From assembly GCF_009914755.1 (NCBI RefSeq), contig NC_060944.1: a DNA stretch of 64,000 bases; one strand, written 5' to 3'. The notes under the pieces were generated by a model. It made no database searches and was not told the origin of the DNA. It saw only the letters and a program-made list of their open reading frames with translations. The stretch is from the human T2T-CHM13v2.0 reference genome, Homo sapiens. Each line of letters opens with the position of its first letter. Within the stretch, counting starts at the first letter, position 1. Both the position numbers and the translations under genes were made by a program. This document shows, piece by piece, positions 24,245 to 37,231 of the stretch.

Positions 24245-25079
24245 TCTGGACAGTACTCGTAGACTCTGCGTGGTGATCTCTTCTCTCCTTTCTCTGACCC
24301 TCATGCCCCAGTCATTCACCAGGCTTTTCCTGAGCACAGAGCACTGAACTAGGCTGGACCCTGGGAATTCATAGACAAAAGACTGAGTCACTTTGGCCAA
24401 AGAGGGAGAAACAATTAGACAATAACAAGACTGTAGAAGACTGTTAATGCAATAGCTACACCGTATTATGCAGTCGTATTGAAAAGTGAGCTACCAATGA
24501 TGGGGGTTGTTTGTGAGGTTAGGCGTGAGAACATTCCCAGAGAAGGTAACCTCTGATGTCAGCATTGAAGGAGAAATCAGATCAAGCTCAAGATTCCTGA
24601 TTCCAAGTAAATGGTGTTTCCGTTAAGCTGAACTATAAAATGTGGGTTACATAAACAGAAATGCAGAAAGGCACTTGGTACTCCCTAGCAATGGCCTCCT
24701 TTTGACTGACGACTTAAAATATGAAATAAGAATGAAGATGCACAGAGACATGGATGCAAATTAATAGAAATGTGTGTGTTCATCTGAATTTTAAAAGACT
24801 GGTTGATGTCTGACTGTGTCTTATCTTCCCCAAGAAAGAGAGCAAACGTTTTTGCAAATTTTGGTCCTATCTGTCTCTGCTGTTGAGACTTCCACCAAAC
24901 CCCACTCACAGAGCACACATAGTGCTGTAGCACCCACACCACAAGGGCTCAGAAGCTCCCCTGCTACCAAGAAGCCCCACCATGGTCTTAGCTCCTATTT
25001 GGGAGCAGATGAAGGTTTTCTCTCATGACAAACCCCAAATATCAGTTTTGCCCAGAAACAAACACATAAACATGCATAC

Positions 25080-25084
<5 letters not shown>

Positions 25085-25114
<30 letters not shown>
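25085..25114 (+). repeat. (CA)15 microsatellite
   Basis: Perfect dinucleotide run. Confidence 0.95.
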
Positions 25115-25115
<1 letters not shown>

Positions 25116-25419
25116 CGTATCATTCTAAATACCCTTCTATTTCAAAGAGATTGTACATAAAAGAGGATTTGAGTCAGGGAAAAACCAAAGCATTTTGTTT
25201 CATAAATAGAATTGGTGTGGGAGTTGATTGTTTTCTCTCCTGAGGGATAAACATTTTAATTTAATAACAGTCAGAAAGTGCCTAAATGTTCTTGAGGAAA
25301 AAATATGGTGTTTCTAGAAGGGCAGAATCTATTCACTTGCAGAATAATTGGAATGAAGCATTTCATAGCAGTGTTACTCAAAAATACCAAGCCAAAATTT
25401 CTACATGTCAGATTTTCTT

Positions 25420-25670
25420 AATAAAAATAGCAATAGTTATTGGGCAATTTGTGTCATAAGATATGTGTCATATCTTATGTGGCAGATGCTTTATATGTGT
25501 TATCTCACTTATTCCTCTTGTCAAGCCTATGAAGTGGGGGTCATTATAATCCCCATTCTAATGGTGGATAAACTGAGGCTAATAGAAGTTAGTTAACTTG
25601 CAAGTAAGGAACGGAGTAGGAATTCAAATTCAGGTCTGTCTAACTTCAGTCTGTATTAATCACCACTTAC
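25420..25670 (-). mobile_element. MIR SINE
   Basis: ATCCCCATTCTAATGGTGGATAAACTGAGGCT..GGAATTCAAATTCAGGTCTGTCTAACT. Confidence 0.75.
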
Positions 25671-26211
25671 ATAGCAAGTGTGTCTGCAACACCTTCCAAT
25701 AGAGCTGTCTGAGGTAGGATACAGATCTGCAAGAGAAGAGAGGACTGAAAAAAACCAAAGTAGAAAAATGAGTTTACACCGTATTTATTAAGAGAATGCC
25801 ATCACAGCTGAGGCAACAGACAGTGAGGTGGCCAGGCCAACAAAATAAAATTGTATGTGTGAAAAAGGAAAACCACACAAACGGAATCTTCACATAAATA
25901 GAATTTGGTCATATTTGTGGTTGATTGCTTGTTTGTTGCTAGACCTTTGTGAAGAGTCTGGTTGTTTTTCTATGCATCCATATGAAGTAATAAAAGCTCA
26001 GAAGGGCACAGAAAGTTTTAAGTGATTTGAGTCTTAGATATAAAAATGAACTTAGGTATAAAATTGAGTTGTCGATGAACTCTGCTTCATCTAGAGCAAA
26101 TCTGTTTTTCCTTCATCTTCTTGGCCTCAAGCCATAGCCATAGATACCCCATTCCAGCTGGTTTTCATAAACCATTAAGATTCAGTAAACAAATAAAGAC
26201 CTATCCTATAT

Positions 26212-26442
26212 TAATAATAAGAATATCTAATATTTATGGAATGTTTACTCTATGCCAGGCCCTCGTCTAAAGACTTTGTATCTATTAAAGTCTTCACAAC
26301 AACTCCATGAGGAAGGTACTCATATTATCTCTATTTCTTAGAAGAAACTGAGGCACATAAAGGTGAAGTCACTTACCCAAGTTTTCACGGCTAGCAAGTG
26401 TCAGAGCTGGGATTCAAGCCCTAGTGGCCTGGCTCCAGAGTC
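26212..26442 (-). mobile_element. MIR SINE
   Basis: TATGCCAGGC..CACAACAACTCCATGAGG..GAAGAAACTGAGGCACATAAAGGTGAAGTCACTTACCCAAG..GAGCTGGGATTCAAGCCC. Confidence 0.85.
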
Positions 26443-26569
26443 AAAACAGGCAGTAGGTTAAATTTATTGACCCTTGGTCTAGACTGCATTGTTATACTAT
26501 ATATCACGGCTGGGATATTTTGTTTCTTCTGCTTAAGACACTTCCCTTTGCTTTGTTAGGTTGATGATA

Positions 26570-26820
26570 ACATTGATGACAATAACCCTTGCTATGTTTA
26601 CAGGGTATTTCTATGTGCCAGGTGTAGTGTTTATGTCTCACCATCATTATCTATGTCTTCACCACAACTACATGAGGTTGGTATTATTATCCCCTTTGTA
26701 CAAGCAAGGGAGCTGAGGTCAGCGAGGGAAAGAAACTTCACCATATAGCAAATGTATGAGAGCAGTGCTGAGGCTCACAAGCAGAAGTGTCTGACTCCAA
26801 AGAACCTCATCTTACCTACC
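26570..26820 (-). mobile_element. MIR SINE
   Basis: CTATGTGCCAGG..CCACAACTACATGAGGTTGGTATTATTATCCCC..GTCTGACTCCAAAG. Confidence 0.8.
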
Positions 26821-27676
26821 AAGCACAGTTTTGTAAAATGTGATTTATAAACCACCTGCATCAGGATCCTAGGCAAGGGATTGTGAATTTGCGTTTTAAC
26901 AAGTTTCCTAGGTGATTCTTAACGTGCATTAAGAATGTGATGAACGCAGCATTAACACAAGGTGGCCAACCACTTCTGGGATGCTCTCTGGACCCTCTAG
27001 GCCAAGTCAGAATTTTGTCTGGGTCTCTCCAACTCCTGTGACTATTCATTTCTTACTACCATTTACCCTGTATTGCAATTATCTGAACAATTGTCTGTCT
27101 CTTCCATTAGTCAATCATCCTCAAAGGTTGCAAACAGTGTCTCAAGTTTACTGTTCTACAGCAACAATCCATCATGTAGTTGGAGCTCTATGTATATTTA
27201 CTAAATAAGTGAATAAATTAATTAATAGAAACACTGACTGCAGGGGTTTTTAAATGATTTTCATAACTAGATTTTTGATGTCTACTGCACGATTTGTATT
27301 GTTTTTCCCTGAATTTCCTGGTTTTTATTTCTTTTGCTACTAATCCCTTGGTTTAATTTGAAGTATGCATCCACTCCCTCCGTAAACAAAGGGTTCATTT
27401 TTATTTTGTTTTGCCTTTTGTTGAATATAACTGAAGAGAGCTAGGGAATATGGCTGTCCAATAGAAAGAATATTCTAAAAAGAAAGCTTTGTTTATATGT
27501 AAATTTATCAATGATCGTTTATTGGTACTTGCAATGATGGTGCTGAGGGATTATCAGAGTTCCTCCTTTTAAGGAGTTTTTAATATAGTTGAGAAATTAA
27601 GACCCAAAACTCTATAAAATGAAAAAGAATATATGTAATTCTGTGCTAAATTTTATTATACTGAAACATCCTTTTG

Positions 27677-28044
27677 TGTCCTAAGCAGCTTAGGCTTCTA
27701 TAGAAAATTAAAATAGACTGGGCGGCTTAAACAACACGCATTTATTTCTCACAGTTTTAGAGGCTGGGGAGTCCAAGATCAAGGCACTAGGAGATCTGGT
27801 GTCCAGTGAGGGCACTGTTCCTGATTTGTAGATGGCCATCTTCCCATTGTATCCCCACATAGTGGTGAGCCGAGTGAGAACAAGCCCTTGTGTCTTTTAT
27901 AAGGACACTAATCTAATTTATGGGGTTCTACCTTCATAACCTAGCTACCTTCCAAAGTCCCACTCCTAATACCATCACAATAAAGGTTAAGAGTTCAACC
28001 AATAAATTTGGGTGGGTGAAGGAGAAAACGCCCAATCCATAACA
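27677..28044 (-). mobile_element. MLT1A0-like MaLR solo LTR
   Basis: AGACTGGGCGGCTTAAACAAC..ATTTATTTCTCACAGTTTTAGAGGCTGGGGAGTCCAAGATCAAGG..CCATAACA; TSD TTTTG/ATTTG. Confidence 0.85.
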
Positions 28045-28047
28045 ATT

Positions 28048-29040
28048 TGTTTAACAAATAAATATTTATTAAGCATTTATATTTTCTAGTTACTGTTCCA
28101 AGTGTCACAGATAGAGTAGTGAGCAACACAGGGTCCATGGAACTTAGATTTTAGCTTGGAAAGCCATAAACCAGAAAGACAATATATGAACAAGTCAATT
28201 GCCAATAGTGGCAAGTGAAGGGAAAAGATCAATACTGGGTGACATGATGGAGTGGCTGGGGTGGAATATTCTGGAAAGAGTAGTTAGGAATTTCTGGGAT
28301 GAAACTTAAGGGACAAGAAAAAAATAGAATATTAGGGACAGAACATTCCAGGCTGAGGTAAAATGAATTCAAGAGCCCTTAGAAAGAACAAGCCGAGTAT
28401 GCTGTAGGACATCTCTGGAGCATAATCTGGACAGGGGAATAGTAGGAGGTAGAAACTGAAAGGTAGGTGTAGCCCGGTCCTACATAGTTACATGGTAAGG
28501 AGTTGGGAGACATTCTCTATGTATTATGAAGCCATTGGTGGGTTTTATGTAGGAAATTTAACATGTTGTGTTGAATATCTTTTAAAGACACCCTTTGCTG
28601 CTGTGAAAAGAGGATTGTCTACTAACAAGAGTAGAAGTAAACAGACCAATTAGGAAGGCAATTGCAATAATCCAAGTAAGGAGCTTTGGTTTGTGGGAGT
28701 GGAAATGAAGAAAAGTGAGCAGATGAGGGATATTTTGGCAAAAAATATTTAGAAAGTTCTTTTCAAGATGTTGTTAATTTGAGATGCATATGAGAAATCG
28801 AATATGTAGCTGGACACAGGAGTAGGATCCTGTGAAAAAAAATAAGAGCTTGGATACAATTTGGAAGTCACTGGCCATAGAAGATGTTTAAACCATAGGG
28901 CTAAATGAGATTGACTAAGGAAAGAATACAGCTAGGAAAGCATAGAGAACTTAATAACCCTGCCCTGGGACAGGACAACATATTAAGCTTTTGAGTCATG
29001 CTACAGAGAGAAATGTGATAATCCTCAGAAGTCAAGATGT
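28048..29040 (-). mobile_element. L2a 3' ~1 kb
   Basis: AAATATTTATTAAGCATT start; ACATTCCAGGCTGAGG, GAAGCCATTGGTGGGTTTT, CAATTAGGAAGGCAATTGCAATAATCCAAG. Confidence 0.8.
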
Positions 29041-29429
29041 TAAAGAATACTTGATCTGGTATGTTTAATGAGTTCAAACTTTCAGTTGCTATCACTTAAG
29101 TCATTTCCTAACCAAAGTTCACTTTTCCTAAATGTATATTTTTGTCCTGATGTAGCACAACCTCTATTCTCAGTTAAGTAAACAGGAAGGAATTGTGTTG
29201 CCAATGCCCACTATATATGTTCATACATACATGTTCATGACAGCCATAGACACACCTTCCTTAAAGCCCATCCATCAGTTAATTCAGACCTTTTAAAATA
29301 GTTAGAACAAAAATACTTTAGAAAATAGTTAGAAACAAAGGGCCATCCTGTTTTGTCCATAAACCAGCCCAAAGAATACTTACTTGATGTCCTCAGAGTC
29401 CCTAATGAGGACAGCAGCCATCTGGCAAA

Positions 29430-29930
29430 CAACCCATTAGATTGAAACTAACATGTCAACACAAGCAAAATATGTGAAGTTGTTGATCATTGACAGACAG
29501 CCTGTTGATGGGCATCTATTTAGCTTTCAAAGCAGTCTGGCGGATAGATTAAAAAAATCCATCAGACCTGAAAAGCCTTAACAGGCCAAATTTCCCCAGG
29601 GGGCTTTTCTATATGGTACTGATCATTTTCAGAGCAGTGATAGCTCTGATTGTCCCCGGCATCATTAGCCTAAATAGAGTAACGATGCCAGGGTGGGCGA
29701 GTCATGTTAAACACATCATTTGGGACTTGTGCGTGCACACGTGGGCGTGTGTGCGTGCTCGTGCTTTCGGCCCTGTAACTTGTTGGGGGTGTGCTAATTT
29801 CCATGGCTTCATTAGAGCTTTTCACTTGGTAATTATCTTCCTGCTGTCACCAGGTCCTTCGTGTGAGCACACAGAGAGAACCAGCAACCCCCATATCCAC
29901 TTGAAGGCACGTGCACGTTGTCCAGAATCT
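29430..29930. promoter_or_regulatory. Candidate enhancer / conserved-noncoding-like island
   Basis: Repeat-free; TGACAG 29491, CACGTG 29738, clustered GCGTG, retained CpGs. Confidence 0.45.
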
Positions 29931-31289
29931 CACCCCACTTCCATCAGCCATCACCTTCTGCCAAGAAAGTGATCCTTGTGCAGTTTCTGTGCCTGATGTA
30001 ACTGTTTCCATATTCACTTGGCTTCCTAATTGGGCCTCGTACCTTTTGGAGAAAAAAATTGAGGTTGCCGCCAGCTTGGCAGAAGCTAAAGTGAGAAGCC
30101 ATGCAGATATGGTTTCTGAAGAAGCAATTGATTTGTTTCACACACTACCTACCTTCCTTGAAAATTAAAAAAGCTCACCGACAAAGTGGCAATTGGTCAG
30201 GACCTCAGGAGGGCGAAAATACAAAAAAAAAAAAATTAATTTCAAACTGTGAAACTCAGCCAGTGAGAGCTAATAGCCTCACTCCCGACACACAGCATTC
30301 ACCTTCTAGTAGACTCAACACAGCCTTGGTGTGGGTGCGTCTGCTGATTTTTTTCCTTTTTTCTTTTTTTTAATTGGGGGAAATCTGTGAAGTCATATTC
30401 CTCTTACCTGGATTTCATCACTCCCCCTACATGGACTAAACGTCATCAACGTCTTCCTAAAGGACAGTTTGCAAACCCCGTCTCCCATTATTTCTCCTAC
30501 CACTCTTCTACCGTGGAGCAGACAACAGTTGTTCCCACAGTTCTCTCTAATGGTGGAAACATAGTAATTAACCACATCCTCTCAAATGTTGGTTGAATGG
30601 CTGGCCCCTAATTTGTCTACTTTCTGCAGAGGTTTCAGTGTCTCATGAAATTTATTGCCATACTAAAGTCACCTTTTAAATTATGGATCATGATATTGTT
30701 ATGCTGCTAAAAATGTTCACAGCATTGTAATTTTATGCACTGGCAATAAACATGAAAAATGCATTTTGAGGTTGTTTAACATGAAAAATAATGTTTTGGA
30801 AAGTAAATTTTAGGAGAAATTTAGTGCTGGGGAAAAGGACCATATTCACAGTCTCAGAGACACCGATCCACAATCCAAAGAGTGCATTGGATGGGGACCA
30901 AATCTGCAGCCCAGATAGGTCAACAGTGTTTAACTTAGCCTAGACTGGATTTAGAGGGTGGTGGGATCCACATCTTCCTGCCAACTCCCATACATCAAGG
31001 GCTCCCCTTTATTGCTCTCTAAACGATAGTGGGGTTTATTTCCAGAAGTGGCAGGTGATTGCCAGACAATTGGCAGCATCGCAACAAATCACCTAGTTCA
31101 GGAATAAAAATAATATGGCACATGATGGATTTCTGAAGAGAGCCTTAGTTTGGTCACCAGGGACAACAGCTTGTGGACTTAGCTTCACCTGGAAAGTTAA
31201 TTCAGTGACTGAAGCCATGGCTATGACCCTTGACTCTACTAATGGATGTATGTCTTGTTAATGGGGCCAGTGACCAACCAGGAACAAGT

Positions 31290-31560
31290 TATCTTGACAG
31301 ACATCATGAGTCTGATTACCTGCGTCTAAATCCTATCACACGTCTCACTAGCTGGGTGACCTTGGGCAAGTTACTTATGCTTCTGTTCCTCTACTTCCCC
31401 ATTTGAAAGGCAGGAATAATGGTAGAACATGATCCCAGGGCGGTTTTGAGAATTAAATTAAAAAACACACATGAAAGCACATGTGCAAGGCACATACTAA
31501 GGAACCAATAATATTGTTGATAATGATGTTGATGTTGATGATGATGATGATGATGGTGAT
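31290..31560 (+). mobile_element. MIR SINE with (TGA)n tail
   Basis: CACTAGCTGGGTGACCTTGGGCAAGTTACTTA core; (TGA)n 31521-31560. Confidence 0.85.
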
Positions 31561-31951
31561 AGAATGAGCCCATCCCACATTGCACTATATAAAAACTATA
31601 TAAAATGGAAGACAGAAGAAACAGCAGGAATGGGGTCTAGAAATAATAAATTTGTTCTCTGCATCTGCCCTCCTTTCTCTACCTGGTAAAATCTCACTCA
31701 TTCTTCAAGCTTGGTCTAGCAGGTGAGAAACCTTGCTGTGTAGCCTTCCTTTACCTCTCCTGCTACCTTGTCGAGGGAGATGGAATGGCTCTCTTATTGG
31801 ACATTTCCAGAGATTTTTCCCAGGATTCCATTGTTTTTCATTTTGCACTTTATTCTGTATTTAATTGATCATGTGACTTTTTTACATTGGACTTCAAGCT
31901 GTTCTGCACATTGACTCTATCTTATTTGTCTCTATGCCCCACTGTGCACAG

Positions 31952-32361
<410 letters not shown>

Positions 32362-32393
32362 TGAAAAGTTGGCTTACTGTCTACATGCTTTTT

Positions 32394-32438
32394 TTTTTTT
32401 TGAGATGGCATCTCGCTCTGTTGCCACCGTGTCCGGCC
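32394..32438 (-). mobile_element. Alu reduced to its two termini (37-nt body plus poly-A)
   Basis: Minus strand GGCCGGACACGGTGGC|AACAGAGCGAGATGCCATCTC-A(n); perfect TSD ACTGTCTACATGCTTTTT 32376-32393 and 32439-32456. Confidence 0.9.
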
Positions 32439-32918
32439 ACTGTCTACATGCTTTTTGAACCATGTGGGAAACAAATAGGAAAATCAAGAGCATGCAAAGG
32501 GATGCCTAACCTTGGCCAACATTGTTACTTGGGCCTCTCTGAAAGTCAGAAATGGGTTGAATTGCCTTCCAATTTAAGACCTCTGTAGAATCTATACCTG
32601 GTTTCTTCCTATATTGAAGAGGAATGTTAAGAAATGATACCTGTATGAATCACCTCCTGACCACTATGGGTTTCTGAGCTCCATTTGGTTTTGGCTATTA
32701 ACTCCCTGTCTTGGAGGCTGGCAGGAGAGTTCACAAGCCCAGATATCAACTGACTCTAGGAAAGGAGGGTATGTGGGAAGGCTACTGTTTCCTTTGTTCA
32801 TGATACAGATCTATAGAACCTGAAAAATATTCCAAAATCATCATAGTGATATTTTTATTAAATGACATAATGAAATGATATAATGATATACAAATGATGT
32901 AAATGCCATAAAATAATA

Positions 32919-33257
32919 TAGGTTGAGTATCCCTTGGGACCAGAAGTGTTTCACATTTTGGATATTTTTTGGATTTTGGAATATTTGCATATACATAATG
33001 AGATATCTTAGGGATGGTAGGCAAGTGTGAACACAAAATTCATTTATTTTTCATAAACATCCTATACATATAGCCTGAAACTAATTTTATACAGTATTTT
33101 ACATAGTTTTGTGCATGAAACAAAGTTGGTGTATACTGAACCATCAGAAAGAAAATGTGTCACTACCTTAGGTTGGGGCTCAAAAAATTGCAGATTTTGG
33201 AGCATTTCAGACTTTGGATTTTGGATTTTTGGATTTGGATTAGGGATTCTCAACCTA
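32919..33257. mobile_element. Tigger4b/MER46 (Zombi) DNA transposon
   Basis: TA|TAGGTTGAGTATCCC..GGGATTCTCAACCTA|TA TIRs; CAGAAGTGTTTCACATTTTGG, TTTTGGAGCATTTCAGA. Confidence 0.85.
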
Positions 33258-33798
33258 TATAATGAAAATCTTCATGGTTGGGTGTTGGGCCAAATGTAAG
33301 ACAGAAGATACAGTGATGTTGGGTTGGGGAGCAAGCAAACATCTACTATCACACTTCAAACAAAGCAGGCAGAAGGCGGTCTAACCCAGTCGTTCTCAAA
33401 CTGCCCTTGAAACTTGTTCAGAATGCAGATTTCCAATGCCAACTCCCAGAGATTGTTTCACTGGGTCAGGTTGGATCCCAGAGATCTACATGGTTAATCA
33501 GCCTTCTCCATTTAATCCTGATAAAGGTAGTTTGCAGCCCATACTTGGAGGAAGACTAGTGCAAGGCAAATATTTTGTTGTTAGGAAACTTTTTAGCATG
33601 CACAACCAATATGTGTTTGTTGATAAGTTTTGTTCATGTACAATATTACAATATTATATATGTTATTAAAATTCACAAGATAGAAATAATACAAGTATAT
33701 GAAAGTAAATAAATTTTTGTGACTTATGGTCCCTGGTGAATCTTCTTGGACACTCCTTGGGGTAAATGCACCCCACTTTTGAGATGCATGCCCTAAAT

Positions 33799-33964
33799 CA
33801 GTGCTTCTCAAATTTGACTGTGCATATGACTATCCCAGAGAGCTTGTTAAAACGTGGACTCTGATTCCATAGGTCTGGGGTGGGGGTTAAGAGTCTGCTT
33901 TTCTAACAAGGTCCCAGGTGATGCTAATACTACCCATCAGGGAGCCACACTTTAAGTAGTGAGG
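33799..33964. mobile_element. MER5A MITE (a second MER5-like piece lies at ~33385-33560)
   Basis: CAGTGCTTCTCAAATTTG..CTTGTTAAAA..TCTGATTCCATAGGTCTGGGGTGGG..TTCTAACAAGGTCCCAGGTGATGCT..CCACACTTTAAGTAG. Confidence 0.8.
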
Positions 33965-34913
33965 ATCTATGCAGTAGCTTCTCTACGACTGACCTAAATC
34001 CCAATGCAAATTACAGTTTTAACTGATCAGGGCAATGTGTAGATGGTATGCAAAGGCCGAAGATCATCAACCAGCTCCCCCAAAAAATGACAAGCTAGAA
34101 GATTTCTTGTAATTCTTTTAAACTTCACTGATATGGAATGGGTAAAAAGCACCCTAAATAAGCTTCCTCCACCCCAGCCCTTTATGTGCTTTTCTAGAAG
34201 GGTTCACTCCCAGCTTCTCTCTTAAATTAACAAGACATTGATCCCTGAAGTCATAAACAGTGACTTTCCTGGATGCAAGAGTGGGCAAGATTATTCTCCC
34301 TGATTAAGCCTTTGACAGGCAGCATCTTTGCAGCAAGCATCATGCCAGGTTTTATTAGTAGATTGGCCCTACAAAGTTTTTGTTACCTACGGATGCCCTG
34401 GCTCAGCAATCCTTCCCATAGATTGGAATGAACACATTTAAGAATGTTGTGCTTGGAGGTACCAGGAACCATAATTAGACAAATTTGCAAATCATAAAGG
34501 GATAAGTGTAATGCACTAATCTGTGAAGAATATTAAGTGGAAATAGGAAACTTAAATAATTCATTCCTAAAATCATCCCAAGAATGCTACGTTCTTCCAG
34601 GTGCATAGACATTGCAATTAGGTTATGGTGACAGGCTTACTTCAGATAAAACAGGAATTCCTCAATGTGCTTGTTTAATAGACCTGAAACATGTTATAAG
34701 GAATGATTTCATTACCACATCTTACCGATTTGAATGAAATCACAACTCCATAATATGCTGCCTTATGAGTAATTCCACAGCATGCCACAGACCAAAACCT
34801 TAGGTGGAGGTGGAGCACACAATCTGCTGTGCATACAGAACCAACATCAGAAGTCCTCTCAGTGTATTTTAGTAAAACAGGGAAGCACCAGGATTTTGCA
34901 CTAGTCATCTGCA

Positions 34914-35121
34914 TGTCACTTATAAATCAACCTTAAGAAGCAGCAACATACTTTAATGATATTGAAAATCATGTAGTAATATAATGGCTATGTTGTTAAT
35001 GTTTACATATTTATGAATTCCTTTTTAGACATTGTCAGGTTCTAATTGACCCCACCCAATTTGAAAGACCATGTTTTACCAAGCATGCTGTCTATTGGAA
35101 TCCCCCAACAAAGCAAACATG
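34914..35121 (+). repeat. Copy 2 of ~210-bp local direct duplication (uninterrupted)
   Basis: Colinear with 31952-32029 plus 32228-32361. Confidence 0.9.
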
Positions 35122-35445
35122 AGCATTTATAGAGACGAAGCTGCTTTAGGTGTCCATGACCTATGTCTTATACAGCTTGGTCACATTGCCAAGTCTGTAG
35201 ACTTCTTGTAGACTAATTTCCCCCACATACAATGGGGAAACTAATAGTTATTGTCCTAAAGAATGAGATTCAACTCCAATTTGTTTTAAAGAATATAACA
35301 AAAAGGCACTCCAATAAAATAGTAATTTACTAGTTTATTTCTAGATTCTGCATTAGGTTTTTCTATGGTATTTATATACAGAAATATTTCTATCCTCTCT
35401 CCAACTAGATTGTGTTGTGAATGCAGTATTGATGAAAGGGAATCA

Positions 35446-36015
<570 letters not shown>

Positions 36016-37231
36016 TCACTGGCACTGGGGCCCTTCAGTAATAGAAACATACAAATTAGAATATCTACTTGCAAATGAAGCGAATAATAAGTAGAAGGGC
36101 CACAACCCACTGGAGGAGACTAGCTCCACATTGGGCAAACAAAGTTCAAGAAAGCAACAGGAAAAATTGTATAACACAATGGAAAGGAAGGTGTTTTGTG
36201 CATTTAACTTCACCTCTTGTACCTCCAGCTGACTTCGGTGATGAAGAAAATAAACTAAGTAATTTTCACTTTCGCTTTGCCTGACCTGACCCTTAGACTG
36301 CCAGCCCTTCATAGAAGGAACTGGAACAAAGTAGGAGAGTCCACATGTGTAAGCTTGTGAGAAACAGGTTGTCTTACACATAACTTATGTTTAAACATTT
36401 GTTGACAATACTGTAATCAGTACGCGGGGTCTTTTATGCCTCTAAGATAGTGTTTTTGAAATTCTCTTTTATTAAGCCTCACAGTGGTAATAGGCATGCC
36501 ATCACCATCACTACCATCACCACCAAAAAAGTCCATAATTAAATAAGTTGAGGAATTATTACTTTCCATATCTCTGTATGGGATATTCATTTAGATTAGC
36601 ACATGAGAACTGAGCAGTTCTACCCTCAAGAAGCATGTTTCGGTTTTTGTTTTTAAGCTGGTCTAGAATTTCTCAAAAATAAATGACCACAGAATGCTAT
36701 CATAGAAAACTACTAGCTTTGTTTTACAGGAAACTAGTGTCTTTCCTCCTCCTCCTCCTCCCCTGCAACAATTTCTCTATTATGCCTAAGAGGATTGGTA
36801 GAGTCAGCCCTGTAATGTCTATGCTCACCAATCCAGCTTCTACTGAGAAATCCTGCATGGGAGAAGAGTTCTTGAACTTGCAGCCTTGGTAAGTCTGACA
36901 GTCTGGACCTTATTATGCTAGTAATCATTTTAAATATCTTTATTAATGCTAAATTCTGATGGAGAGGTAGAAGAAAATATCAGACCATATATCAAAAACA
37001 TACATGAAGCAAAATCTGACATCATATGCTCAGTACGTATTCCCTTGTACGAGCAAGAGACGGAACTAGGTTCAGGAGTTGAGGTCTTCAGAAAGAATCA
37101 GAAAATGAGGAATGAAGGTGGATATTCTGAAAGACCCAACTGCACATGAATGCCAGATAATTTCTCTTATTTGATATTGGCTGCTGATTCTAAGGTGAAC
37201 TAAGTTTTGTTTTTATTTTTTCCATTTTTAT

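Noticed and set aside
31391-31585. ORF with poly-His/Gln run
   Set aside because: Antisense reading of the (TGA)n tail of a MIR
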